Virus record (IMG/VR): IMGVR_UViG_3300047566_000267
Location: 4,126-68,125 of that record
Source: a virus
Strand: one strand, 5' to 3'
Length of the DNA: 64,000 nt
How positions within the stretch are numbered: position 1 is the first letter of the stretch; each line of letters opens with the position of its first letter. The notes under the pieces were generated by a model, which saw only the letters and a list, made by a program, of their open reading frames with translations, did no database searches and was not told where the DNA came from. This document shows, one piece after another, positions 17,097 to 27,076 of this stretch. Made by a program: the position numbers and the translations under genes.

Positions 17097-19844
17097 ATGG
17101 CTATATTAAATGCTATACAGTTAAAAAACGGGGCCAAAGCGGAGCCTTTATATGGTAAGACTCTAGGGGGTATCTACCAGCCATACCAAATGCTTCCTAT
17201 GAAGGAGAAAGACCCCCAGTGGTGTGCACAGGTAATAGATTATATTGAGTGGACTGGTATGAGGCAGTTAAAAAGAACTGCTAACCGGATGCTCAAGAAC
17301 TATAAGCTGGCCAATGCCCAAATAGAAAAGAGTGACTATATAGTAGCAGAAAGTGATTATGCAGAAGTAATTGAGCCACTTATAAAGGAGGATGTATCTG
17401 CTTTGGAATTAAAATTTTACCCTATCATTCCAACTATTGTAGATGTTCTTACCAATGAATTCTCAAAGAGGTACTCTAGGATTACCTTTGAAATGAGGGA
17501 TGAGAAGAGTGCCAATGAAATGCTGGATGAAAAATACAAGGATGTAGAAGAAGTGCTTTTACAAAAAGCAACTCTTTTGCAGCAGGCCAAGTTACAGGAA
17601 ATGGGAGTGCCTCCTGATTCTGACCAGTCCAAACAAATGATGGACCCGGCTACTATCAAAACACTTCCTCAGATACAAGATTTCTATTCTAAGGATTACA
17701 GATCTATTTATACACAATGGGCTGAGCATCAGATGGCTGTGGATAATGACAGGTTTTCTATGCCGGAGTTGGAGAGGCAAAATTTCAGAAACTCCCTTAT
17801 AACTGATCGGGAGTACTGGCACTTTATGATGGGGGATGATGACTACCTGGTAGAGACTTGGAACCCGGCACAGGTGTTTTACAGAAAATCTCCTAATGTC
17901 AGGTATATGTCTGATGCTGCCTGGGTAGGTATGATTACTCTTATGACTGTACCTGAGGTAGTAGATAAGTATGGCTGGATGATGAGTCAGGAGCAGATGG
18001 AAACTTTGAACTCTCTGTATCCGGTAAGAGGAGCTATGTATACCCAAACCGGTATAGGAAATGAAAGTGGTGCCTTCTATGACCCATCTATGTCCTATGA
18101 GTGGAATACTCAAGGGCCAGGTGTAGGGATGAGGCAGTTTATGAGTGCCTACAATGCTCACAAGACCAATGGAGATATTGTAAGATGGATACTTGATGAG
18201 AGTGAAGATCTCCAAGACACAGACTCAGCTTACCTGGTTAGGGTATCTACTATCTATTGGAAGACTCAAAGGTTAATGGGGCACCTGACTAAAATAGATG
18301 AAACTGGTAATGTTATTCAGGAAATAGTAGATGAGACATACAAAATAACAGATAAACCTTTATATAACACTCTGGTATTCAAAGAAAAAACAAAAGTCAA
18401 TCTTATTTTTGGTGAGCACATAGATTGGTTTTGGATGAATGAAACTTGGGGTGGGTATAAAATAGGTCCAAATATTCCTGGCTTTATTGGAATGAATAAC
18501 CCATCTGGTTTTGCACCTATGTATGTAGGTATGACCGGTGGTGTGCCAGGTAGAATAAAATATCAGTTTAAAGGTGGTAAAACAGCTTGGGGTTGTAAAA
18601 TACCGGTAGAAGGCCGGGTGTACAATGACTACAATACCCAGAGCAAAGCACTGGTAGACAGGCTGAAGCCATATCAGGTAGGTTACAATATGGTGCTTAA
18701 TCAGATACAGGATATTCAGATTGATGAGCTGGGTACAATTATAGTATTTGACCAAAGGACTCTTCCTAAGAATTCAATGGGAGAAGACTGGGGGGAAAAC
18801 AATATTCAGAAAGCTTACCTGGCAGCCAAGAACTTCTCTATGATTCCTATTGATACTTCTATCATCAATACGGAAACAGCTATTCAGCATATGCCTTTTA
18901 CAAAAATAGACATGAGCCAGCATGAAAGGATTATGTCAAAAATTAAACAGGCACAGTGGATTAAAGAGGAAGCTTTATCATCTATTGGGCTTAACCCACA
19001 AAGAATGGGTACTCCTATAGACAAGTCAGAAACTGCTACTGGTATAGAACAGGCTATTGCTGCTTCATATGCTCAGACAGAGCAGTACTTTATACAACAC
19101 TCTGATGAGTTGATGCCTAGGGTGCACCAAATGAGAACAGATCTGGCACAATTTTACCAGTCTACCAATCCATCTATAAGGCTACAGTACATTACGAAAG
19201 ATGATGAGAAAGTTCTATTCATGCTTAATGGAGAAGAACTGATGGGCCGAGATATTAATGTTACCTGCCACACAAGAGTAGGTATGAGAAATATTCTTGA
19301 GAATATTAAGCAGATGATGCTTAAGGATAATACAACTGGTACTACCCTCTGGGACAGAATCCGGACTATCAAAGCTGATGACATGGTAGACTTGGAAAAT
19401 GGTCTGAAAGCTATGGAGCTTCGTTATGAAAGGGAGCAGGAACAAAAAGCTCAGCAGGAACAAGAAACACAGCAGGCAGCACAACAGCATGAGATGGAAC
19501 TTCTCAGAATGGAGCAACAGTTTAAAGCAGAAGAGGCTCAAAAGGACAGGGAAGCACATATTGAAGAAGCTGAGATAAGGGGAGCCGGCTACTCTGGGGC
19601 AGTTGACATTAATAAAAACCAACAAGATGACTACATAGATAATTTGAAAATAATACAGGGCCAAAAGGAACATACTGATAAAATGAATCTGGAACGGGAT
19701 AAGCATTTAGTGTCTACTCGGTTAAAAGAGACTGATCAGCAGATACAAAGACAAAAAATAGCAGAAGAAGCAAAAAGAACAAATGCACAGGTGCAAGTAG
19801 CTAAAATCTCTCATAAGATTAAAGAGAAAAGCAAAAAAAGCTAA
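17097..19844 (+). CDS. portal protein (crAss-like)
   Basis: 915 aa after TerL; YPII, KPYQ..YN motifs and a C-terminal coiled coil. Confidence 0.88.
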   Translation: MAILNAIQLKNGAKAEPLYGKTLGGIYQPYQMLPMKEKDPQWCAQVIDYIEWTGMRQLKRTANRMLKNYKLANAQIEKSDYIVAESDYAEVIEPLIKEDVSALELKFYPIIPTIVDVLTNEFSKRYSRITFEMRDEKSANEMLDEKYKDVEEVLLQKATLLQQAKLQEMGVPPDSDQSKQMMDPATIKTLPQIQDFYSKDYRSIYTQWAEHQMAVDNDRFSMPELERQNFRNSLITDREYWHFMMGDDDYLVETWNPAQVFYRKSPNVRYMSDAAWVGMITLMTVPEVVDKYGWMMSQEQMETLNSLYPVRGAMYTQTGIGNESGAFYDPSMSYEWNTQGPGVGMRQFMSAYNAHKTNGDIVRWILDESEDLQDTDSAYLVRVSTIYWKTQRLMGHLTKIDETGNVIQEIVDETYKITDKPLYNTLVFKEKTKVNLIFGEHIDWFWMNETWGGYKIGPNIPGFIGMNNPSGFAPMYVGMTGGVPGRIKYQFKGGKTAWGCKIPVEGRVYNDYNTQSKALVDRLKPYQVGYNMVLNQIQDIQIDELGTIIVFDQRTLPKNSMGEDWGENNIQKAYLAAKNFSMIPIDTSIINTETAIQHMPFTKIDMSQHERIMSKIKQAQWIKEEALSSIGLNPQRMGTPIDKSETATGIEQAIAASYAQTEQYFIQHSDELMPRVHQMRTDLAQFYQSTNPSIRLQYITKDDEKVLFMLNGEELMGRDINVTCHTRVGMRNILENIKQMMLKDNTTGTTLWDRIRTIKADDMVDLENGLKAMELRYEREQEQKAQQEQETQQAAQQHEMELLRMEQQFKAEEAQKDREAHIEEAEIRGAGYSGAVDINKNQQDDYIDNLKIIQGQKEHTDKMNLERDKHLVSTRLKETDQQIQRQKIAEEAKRTNAQVQVAKISHKIKEKSKKS

Positions 19845-19924
19845 GAGTGCATTTTTCTAAACATAGAATGTTTTTCTTTTGAAAATATTGTGTAGTTTAT
19901 TATTGAACCAACAAATAAATATAA

Positions 19925-21214
19925 ATGGAGACAACAGTAACCACTGAGGTTGTAGACCTTGACAAACTGTTTCCAGGAATAGATGCTGAAGATGTACTTA
20001 CATCAAAAGTACCTAACATATTAAGTAATGATAATGATATATCATTCCTTGATAAAAAACCTGGGGCAGAAAAAATAGAAGACCCAAAGCCGGGAGGTAA
20101 GGAGAATCAAACAGACCCATTGGAAGACCCTGCAAAACCAGGAGGACCAGTGGTAGATCAGAAAGAAGCAGATAAAATCTTGAACTCTATAGGGAAAGAT
20201 GAATCTGAAGAAGAGGGTGAATACAGTGCCGGGGATGAAGGAAAAGGAAGACCAAAATCAGATAAGAGTGCATTAGCTTCTTATTTGAAAGAAAAAATAG
20301 AAGCAGGTGAGTTTGCTGCTTTTGAAGATTGGGATGAAAAGAAACAGTCTCTTGATGACTACCTTTTAAAACAATCTGAAAAAAGTTTACATCAGATGCT
20401 TGATGCAAACTGGGAATCCAAGGAGAGGGATCTTCTTGAACGTACCCCACAGGAGTTCTTTGAATCATTACCAGAAGAGTTGCAGTATGCAGCCAGGTAT
20501 GTAATGGAAGGTGGACAAGATATGAAAAGCTTATTTGCAGCTCTTGCAAGAGTAGAGCAGGTAAGAGAACTTGATCCTGAAAGTGAAGATGGACAAGTTA
20601 TTATAGCTAGAAACTATCTTCAGGCCACTAACTTTGGTACACCTGATGAAATTGAAGATGAGATAGCTAACTGGAAAGAAAGTAATAGGCTGGAGAAAAA
20701 AGCCAAAGACTTTAAACCAAAGCTGGATCAGATGCAGAAACAACAGGTTGAATACCAGCTTGCACAACAAGCAGATTTTAGCCGGCAGCAAAGGGAAGCA
20801 GCACAAATGTATGTTGCTAATGTTGGCCAGGCTCTGCAGAAAGGTGAGCTTAATGGTATTAAACTTGACCGGAAAACACAGGCTATGTTGTATGAGGGTT
20901 TGACCAATGTGGCATATCCTAGTGCATCAGGTAAAGCAACCAATCTTCTTGGGCATCTGCTGGATAAAATCCAGTATGTAGAACCAGACTTTGAACTGTT
21001 GGCAGAGGTCACTTACTTACTTGCAGATCCGGAAGGATTTAAAAATAATGTAAGGCAACAAGGTAAAAATACTGCCACTACAGAAATAGTGAAAAAGTTA
21101 AAAACAGAACAACAGCTGGCAACAGGTTCTTCTTTTACTCCTGGAGATGATGATGAACCTAGTAAACCAGCAAAAAGAAAATTGACAAAACCAAGGAATC
21201 TTTTTGAACGATAA
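19925..21214 (+). CDS. acidic protein between portal and MCP (putative scaffold, crAss gene 77-like)
   Basis: Acidic disordered N-terminus, helical C-terminus, conserved position. Confidence 0.7.
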   Translation: METTVTTEVVDLDKLFPGIDAEDVLTSKVPNILSNDNDISFLDKKPGAEKIEDPKPGGKENQTDPLEDPAKPGGPVVDQKEADKILNSIGKDESEEEGEYSAGDEGKGRPKSDKSALASYLKEKIEAGEFAAFEDWDEKKQSLDDYLLKQSEKSLHQMLDANWESKERDLLERTPQEFFESLPEELQYAARYVMEGGQDMKSLFAALARVEQVRELDPESEDGQVIIARNYLQATNFGTPDEIEDEIANWKESNRLEKKAKDFKPKLDQMQKQQVEYQLAQQADFSRQQREAAQMYVANVGQALQKGELNGIKLDRKTQAMLYEGLTNVAYPSASGKATNLLGHLLDKIQYVEPDFELLAEVTYLLADPEGFKNNVRQQGKNTATTEIVKKLKTEQQLATGSSFTPGDDDEPSKPAKRKLTKPRNLFER

Positions 21215-21249
21215 TAAAATTTGTAAACAATAAAAATTAAATAAATAAA

Positions 21250-22872
21250 ATGGCTACTCCAATTTTAAACAACGGTATTGCACTTCGTGATAACGTGTAT
21301 GAGGTAGGGTCAAATTACGACTCTTATCACCTGTACAATATGATGAAAGATGCAAAACCTACAGACTTAGGTCCTATTGAGTTTTGGGCAAATACTCAAA
21401 TTGCACAAATGCCCCTGTATGCATTTTCTAATTTTGGTAAAGGTAATACCATAGATGTGGATGACCCAAGGGGCCGTTACACATGGCAGACACCGGTTGC
21501 TAATGATCTTCCTCAAATCACAAGGGACATTGACCCTACAGATACCAAAAAAGGTCTGGCAGAAAGGTCTTTCCGTATTGTGCTTAACCGTAGGGAGTAT
21601 GGTCATACAGCAGTTCTTACTTTTGATAAATACCGTGGTCTGGAGTTCCGTGTAACTGAAGATCCTATTGTGTCAATGGGTAACAACGAATTTGTTTACA
21701 CATGTAAACTGATCAACAACAACTCTTCTGCTTACCTGGACAATAAATATCTTACACCTGGTACCAAGGTATTCCGTGTTACTTCAGGCCGTGGTGAATA
21801 TGGTGAAAGGTGGGATGATGTAGTAAGCCGGGCTGGTTACAGGGAGTTCTATAACATCCTTGGTAATGCAGAGGCCAATGCTTCTTATCACATCAGCCGT
21901 AAGGCAGATTGTATGATGAGGAATGGTCAGAATACAGGTGGTATTCCTGTAACTGAGATCTGGAAGATCAATGATCCTTCTCTTCGTGCTGATCCTTCAC
22001 TCCGTAGTCTGGAAGACATTTCTACTCGTCTGGGACAGGTAGGTATGCTGAAAGCAATGAAAGAAGGACAAATTAGCAAGGCATTTATCACAGAGATTGA
22101 ACGTCAGGCAATTAAGAAAGTAACCGGTGACCTGGAAACTTACCTGATGTGGGGTAAAGGTGGTCGTGTTCAGCAGGATGGTCCAGATGATCTGAGGTTT
22201 TCTACAGGTCTGTGGGTACAGTCTGACAACGGTTATAAGAAAGTGTACAACATTGGTACTTTTACTACCGACATGTTCAACTCAGAAATTTACAACTACT
22301 ATGTAGGTAAAGTAAACTTTGAGGGCCCTGATCCTAAACGTAAATTGATTGTTCAGACTGGTCTGGCAGGTATGCAGCAGATGAACAATGCCATCAAACA
22401 GCTGGCTATTAACTCCGGCCTGGTTACCAATGCACATGAACTGGGTGCTATTAAGGGCGAAGCTCTTGACCTGGACTTTGGTTATGCTTACACAAGCTAC
22501 ACTATTCCATTCTTGGCTAACCTGAAATTTGTCATCAACCCGGCATTTGACAATGTTGAAGCTAATGAAATTGAAAACCCAATTATCAATGGTTTCCGTC
22601 TGTCATCTTACTCTTACATCATATTTGATGTAACTGACCGTGGTACAGACAACATCAAAATGCTCCGTGATAAGTATGATCATGAGTTCCATTGGTTGTA
22701 CCAGAATGGTACTGCTGACTACATGGGTCGTGATAAAGGCTTCCAGTCTTCTGCTGATTTTAACGGGTATAAGGTGAAAATGTTCCAGAAACAAGGTGCA
22801 CTTGTGGTAATGGACCCCACCAGGTTGCTCAAAATTGTGGCTAAAAACCCAATCACAGGATACAGCCTTTGA
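21250..22872 (+). CDS. major capsid protein (crAss-like, HK97 fold)
   Basis: Position, strongly biased codons (CGT, CTG, AAC), LMWGKGG and TGLAG motifs, C-terminal DPT...NPITG. Confidence 0.9.
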   Translation: MATPILNNGIALRDNVYEVGSNYDSYHLYNMMKDAKPTDLGPIEFWANTQIAQMPLYAFSNFGKGNTIDVDDPRGRYTWQTPVANDLPQITRDIDPTDTKKGLAERSFRIVLNRREYGHTAVLTFDKYRGLEFRVTEDPIVSMGNNEFVYTCKLINNNSSAYLDNKYLTPGTKVFRVTSGRGEYGERWDDVVSRAGYREFYNILGNAEANASYHISRKADCMMRNGQNTGGIPVTEIWKINDPSLRADPSLRSLEDISTRLGQVGMLKAMKEGQISKAFITEIERQAIKKVTGDLETYLMWGKGGRVQQDGPDDLRFSTGLWVQSDNGYKKVYNIGTFTTDMFNSEIYNYYVGKVNFEGPDPKRKLIVQTGLAGMQQMNNAIKQLAINSGLVTNAHELGAIKGEALDLDFGYAYTSYTIPFLANLKFVINPAFDNVEANEIENPIINGFRLSSYSYIIFDVTDRGTDNIKMLRDKYDHEFHWLYQNGTADYMGRDKGFQSSADFNGYKVKMFQKQGALVVMDPTRLLKIVAKNPITGYSL

Positions 22873-22882
22873 TTTAATTATT

Positions 22883-22914
22883 TTTGGATTTTTCGATACA
22901 ATTTTATATCTTTG
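22883..22914 (+). promoter_or_regulatory. Bacteroidota housekeeping-sigma promoter
   Basis: TTTG-N20-TATCTTTG, exact consensus. Confidence 0.75.
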
Positions 22915-22950
22915 TGGTGTACTTTTAAAAGAGTACACCACATTGTTTTT
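22913..22950 (+). terminator. rho-independent terminator after MCP
   Basis: TGTGGTGTACT/AGTACACCACA 11-bp stem plus TTGTTTTT. Confidence 0.65.
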
Positions 22951-23946
22951 ATGGGATTATATAAAAAATCACAAGAAAGGTTTGAGGCAATTCTTCGATT
23001 TTATAAGGAAGGTAAAACTATGACTGAGATTGAACAACTTACTCAGACTCATAGAACTACTATTAGGAGACAACTTATTGTTTCAGGTATAGATGTAGAT
23101 AAAGAATCTGAGGAAAAATATAAAGAGAAGTTAGAACAGGTAGTAAAGTTATATGAAGAAGGCAAATCACAAACCCATATAGAACAAACTTTACATCTTA
23201 CAAGAAAAACTATTAGAGAGCTGCTTAAAAGTAAAGGTATAAAATACAAGACTAAATCAGAGCAATGTCTTATTAGATGGGGCAATAGTGATCTTAGAGA
23301 AGATGCATTTGAAACTATTACACCTGAATCTGCTTATTGGTTAGGTATGCTTTATACAGATGGTAGTGTATCTGGAGATGATAGAAATGGTTATACTACC
23401 GAACTCCTTTTACAGAGAGGAGATAGAAAGCATATAGAGAAGTTTAGGGATTTTATGAGAACTACAGCCAAGATTGAGGATATAAAACCAGCAGGTAGGT
23501 TAGCTTCCAGGATTAGAATAGGTTCTCAAAAAGTGCACCAATCTTTAAAGAATTTGGGATTTACAAATCAAAAAAGTTATGATGCTGCACCACATGAAAG
23601 TGTGCAAAACAATAGAGACTTTTGGAGAGGGTGTGTTGATGGAGATGGTGGTGTCTACTTACCATATATTACTAAGAAAAATGAAAAGACACCTATACAA
23701 CTTTCTTTATGTGGTACATTAGATACTATATGTAGTTTTATTTGGTTTTGTAAGAGTAATTTAACTTTAAAAAACAAAAAGTATCCTACCGAAAGAAAAA
23801 AACTTGGTTATGATAATATTTTATATTCAATATCCTATTATGGGCAGGAGGCTATTCAAATAGCAGATTTCCTCTACAAAGACTCTACTACTTACCTGGA
23901 CAGAAAATATAATGCCTACCTAGAGATATTAAAGTCAGAAGAGTAA
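22951..23946 (+). mobile_element. free-standing LAGLIDADG homing endonuclease with N-terminal HTH repeats
   Basis: YWLGMLYTDG and FWRGCVDGDG motifs; two HTH-like repeats; own promoter; ATG at 22951. Confidence 0.85.
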
Positions 23947-23964
23947 AAAACTACACCTTTTTTG

Positions 23965-23994
23965 TTTGTAATATTTTGTAATTACATAACTTTG
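23965..23994 (+). promoter_or_regulatory. Bacteroidota-type promoter
   Basis: TTTG-N18-TAACTTTG upstream of 24030. Confidence 0.6.
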
Positions 23995-24029
23995 TCGTAG
24001 ATTTAAATTGAACCAACAATAATTATAAA

Positions 24030-25097
24030 ATGAGTGTTAAAACAGAAACAAGGGTTAGTATAAAACCTTTTATTAATGGTGACCCCAACGGTGGGTATGA
24101 AAAGTATGACATGGTGCTTGCAGATGGTGCACAGCACAAGGAATTACTTGGCTTGATAGAACGTAATGGTATTAAGTGTTACCTTACCGGGCTTAATGAA
24201 TTGGCACCTGAAGTGCAAAACATTAAGGATATTGAAAAGAAAGAAGCTGTTATCCGGGATATCAGAAAAACTGTAGTATTCCTTGAGAACTCTTTGGCAG
24301 GTAACTATGCCCTTACAGAGAAGGACATTGATGAATATGATGAGAAAGGCAAACCTACTGGCAAGTTGTCTCCTCTTTTTTGGGGCAAAGTGACAATGTT
24401 TATTTCTCAGGGCCCGGATAAATTTGATGACAGCAAAAACAGGATACCTACTTACTGGGATAGTGTAGAGGTAAAATGTTCTAATAATCCAGTATACCTG
24501 GATCATAAGAACCCTCATGATCTTATTTTGATAAGAGCAATACAGGCAGGTGGGTTTGAAATTGTGGCTCCTTCTCTGGAAGCAGCTAAAACAGCTATCC
24601 ACCCACCTAAGTTTTACCTGGACAAAGAAGAAGAAACAGCAGTCATCAAAACTGAGTTAAAGAAACTCCGTAACCAGGCTGGTGCAGAACTTCAGAAGAT
24701 GTATGAAAAAGATTCTGTGAAGTTGTTCTATGTAACAAAACTGTGTGCTGCAAATTCACTCAGCTACAGGAAATCAACTTCCGGGGATATCATGTATGAT
24801 GACTGTGATAAGTACATCAATGGTGAAACAGTGGACAAGAACAAAAAACTTACAGCAGAGAAGTTTATTGATCTGTGTAAACAGCCACTGGCAGAACTCC
24901 GAGTACAGGCAATTGTGAAAGATGCTACTGAAATGCATCTGTTGACATATAAAGCAGACGGGAATTTGTATTACATGAAGACTGGCACCCCAATGGGCAA
25001 AGGAATCAATGATGTAATTGTGTTCCTGAAAAACCCTCTGAACAATGACATCTTAACTGCTGTTAGTGATGAGGTAGAAGAAGAATGGATAAAGTAA
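24030..25097 (+). CDS. conserved crAss-like virion-module protein (gene 75-like)
   Basis: Position after MCP; FYLDKEEE and VFLKNP motifs. Confidence 0.7.
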   Translation: MSVKTETRVSIKPFINGDPNGGYEKYDMVLADGAQHKELLGLIERNGIKCYLTGLNELAPEVQNIKDIEKKEAVIRDIRKTVVFLENSLAGNYALTEKDIDEYDEKGKPTGKLSPLFWGKVTMFISQGPDKFDDSKNRIPTYWDSVEVKCSNNPVYLDHKNPHDLILIRAIQAGGFEIVAPSLEAAKTAIHPPKFYLDKEEETAVIKTELKKLRNQAGAELQKMYEKDSVKLFYVTKLCAANSLSYRKSTSGDIMYDDCDKYINGETVDKNKKLTAEKFIDLCKQPLAELRVQAIVKDATEMHLLTYKADGNLYYMKTGTPMGKGINDVIVFLKNPLNNDILTAVSDEVEEEWIK

Positions 25098-25116
25098 CCA
25101 ATTAAATCTACATAAA

Positions 25117-25170
25117 ATGGCCAAGTCAAAAAAACCAAGTAAGCCAAAGATGCCGAAAGGAAAATGCTAA
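25117..25170 (+). CDS. 17-aa basic micro-protein MAKSKKPSKPKMPKGKC
   Basis: TAAA-ATG start context as in neighbouring genes; followed by a terminator. Confidence 0.5.
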   Translation: MAKSKKPSKPKMPKGKC

Positions 25171-25172
25171 AT

Positions 25173-25218
25173 GTAATAGGGTAGGGGTTTCTTTCTAGGA
25201 GACCTCTACCTATTTTAC
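25173..25218 (+). terminator. terminator hairpin
   Basis: TAGG-GTAGGGGTTTC / GAGACCTCTACCTATTTT. Confidence 0.6.
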
Positions 25219-25239
25219 AAAAATAAAAAAAATTTACAA

Positions 25240-25941
25240 GTGACAAATCAGCTACTACAAGTTAAGTTTCAACAAAGGTTAAACAAACTTTCCAGCAATG
25301 ACTATGGAAACATAGAGTGCTGGATGATAGCTGAGGCTTTTAATAAAGCCATGGATGCCTGGGTATCTAGGCAGTTGCAAGGCATAAACCAAACAAAGAG
25401 TACTGCAGAAGGATCAATAAGAAGTATTGATAAACTGCAGGTAATTCTCAAACAAGCTCCTCTTACAGTCACAAATAAAGGGCTCTACTATGAGGCAACT
25501 TTGCCTTCTGATTACGTAGAGTGGTCAAGGATAAGTGCAGATGCACAAAGAGATGACTGTTGCCCACCCAGAAAATTAAAGATATTTCTTGGAGAAGAAG
25601 CAGATGTAGATCTGGCTCTTCTTGATAAAAATAGACAACCATCTTATGAGTGGGGGGAAACCTTTGCCACCATAATGAGTGGTACTTTCCGGCTATATAC
25701 AAACAATTGTTTTGAAATAGCAAACCCTGCAATTACTTATTACCGTAGGCCGGCCCATATAAAAATAGCTGGATGTACAGACCCGGATACAGGATTACCT
25801 GTTTTGGTAGACGTAGAGTGTGAGTTCTCTAATACTGTTACAGAGACAATTATAGATGAAGGTGCAGCTATCCTGGCAGATGATATGGACAATTACAACA
25901 AAATGCAGGTACTTAATCAAAATGCTGAACATAGTAACTAA
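25240..25941 (+). CDS. head-tail ring protein (crAss gene 74-like)
   Basis: LNKLSSN...FNKA...LPSDY...TYYRRP...ECEF...IIDEG pattern. Confidence 0.75.
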   Translation: MTNQLLQVKFQQRLNKLSSNDYGNIECWMIAEAFNKAMDAWVSRQLQGINQTKSTAEGSIRSIDKLQVILKQAPLTVTNKGLYYEATLPSDYVEWSRISADAQRDDCCPPRKLKIFLGEEADVDLALLDKNRQPSYEWGETFATIMSGTFRLYTNNCFEIANPAITYYRRPAHIKIAGCTDPDTGLPVLVDVECEFSNTVTETIIDEGAAILADDMDNYNKMQVLNQNAEHSN

Positions 25942-25958
25942 TTAAAATAACTCACAAA

Positions 25959-26270
25959 ATGGCTGCTGAAAAAAACTCATTTGATTACCCTAAGATTTCT
26001 GCTGGTTTATTTTCCATATTAATAGCTATTACAGGATGGTTTTCTGTTACTATGTATGAGAAAATTACCAAGATAGAAGAGAACATCCAGCAGCTATTAG
26101 TAGCAAGTGGCATAGAAAAAACAGAAATTACTAACCTTAAACAGAGGGTAGACAATCTGGAAAGTGACAGCAAGAAAAACAAAACCAGTCATGTCTTTTT
26201 AAATAAAGATGCTATACTACCAGATGTCATTACCGGTAAAAAGAGTAAAGAGTATTTTGCCTCTAAATAA
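25959..26270 (+). CDS. single-TM coiled-coil protein (holin/lysis-like)
   Basis: One TM helix followed by a coiled coil. Confidence 0.5.
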   Translation: MAAEKNSFDYPKISAGLFSILIAITGWFSVTMYEKITKIEENIQQLLVASGIEKTEITNLKQRVDNLESDSKKNKTSHVFLNKDAILPDVITGKKSKEYFASK

Positions 26271-26294
26271 TTGCAAATGCTTTTTAAACTATTC

Positions 26295-26957
26295 ATGAAA
26301 AATATAAAAAATATTTTAGTGCTGGCTGCTTTATTAGCAGCTGTAGTATTGTTTTTAAGAAATTGCCATATTGGTATCCCTGAAAGAACCAATGTCAAAG
26401 TACCAGACTTTAAGCCAACTGTTCAAAGGACGGATAAAGCAGGTAATGTATACACAGAGGTACAGGGAACCCTATTTACAAAGGATCAGATGAAACACAT
26501 CACTGATTCTATGTCCAAGGTGTTGGGTAAAGGAAAGATTACCCATGTGATTGAGACCATTACTGTAATAGACACAGTAATCCAGGTAAAAGAGCATGAC
26601 ATTTACCTGGACACAGTAGCCGGCAGTATAACTGCAAAAGACAGTACCAAAAACTCTTATCTGGCATTTGCCGGCAACTATAAAACAAAACAAGCAACCC
26701 TTACACTACGGTTGACTCCTGATACAGCTACTTTTATTACCACAGTTAAAAAACATTTACTCCGTCCGAGTGAAATGAATGTCAATATTTACCACACAAA
26801 TGAGCTCTTCACACCTGCTCAAGGAAAAGCATATACAGCTACAGTACCCAAAACAATAGCATGCATAGGCCCTATGGTGGGTGTAGGAATCAATGGTAAA
26901 CCATTTCTTGGGGTAGGAATTACATTTAATGTACTGGGAATTAAGCTAAAACATTAA
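26295..26957 (+). CDS. membrane-anchored protein, possible Bacteroidota-type spanin
   Basis: N-terminal TM followed by RNC; C-terminal GPxVGVG...PFLGVGITFN beta motif. Confidence 0.55.
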   Translation: MKNIKNILVLAALLAAVVLFLRNCHIGIPERTNVKVPDFKPTVQRTDKAGNVYTEVQGTLFTKDQMKHITDSMSKVLGKGKITHVIETITVIDTVIQVKEHDIYLDTVAGSITAKDSTKNSYLAFAGNYKTKQATLTLRLTPDTATFITTVKKHLLRPSEMNVNIYHTNELFTPAQGKAYTATVPKTIACIGPMVGVGINGKPFLGVGITFNVLGIKLKH

Positions 26958-27076
26958 AGTAATAAATATCTTAAAATACTTTGGTAAAAAACAAAAAAGG
27001 TGTATATTAATAATGAGAGGGGATCATACACTCTCCATTCAGGTTACCTGGGTGTCACAAAAAAATTTTTTAAACA

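Noticed and set aside
21250-23946. Group I intron splitting MCP and encoding the LAGLIDADG
   Set aside because: MCP has a complete C-terminus, the flanks are too short for an intron core, and the endonuclease has its own promoter.
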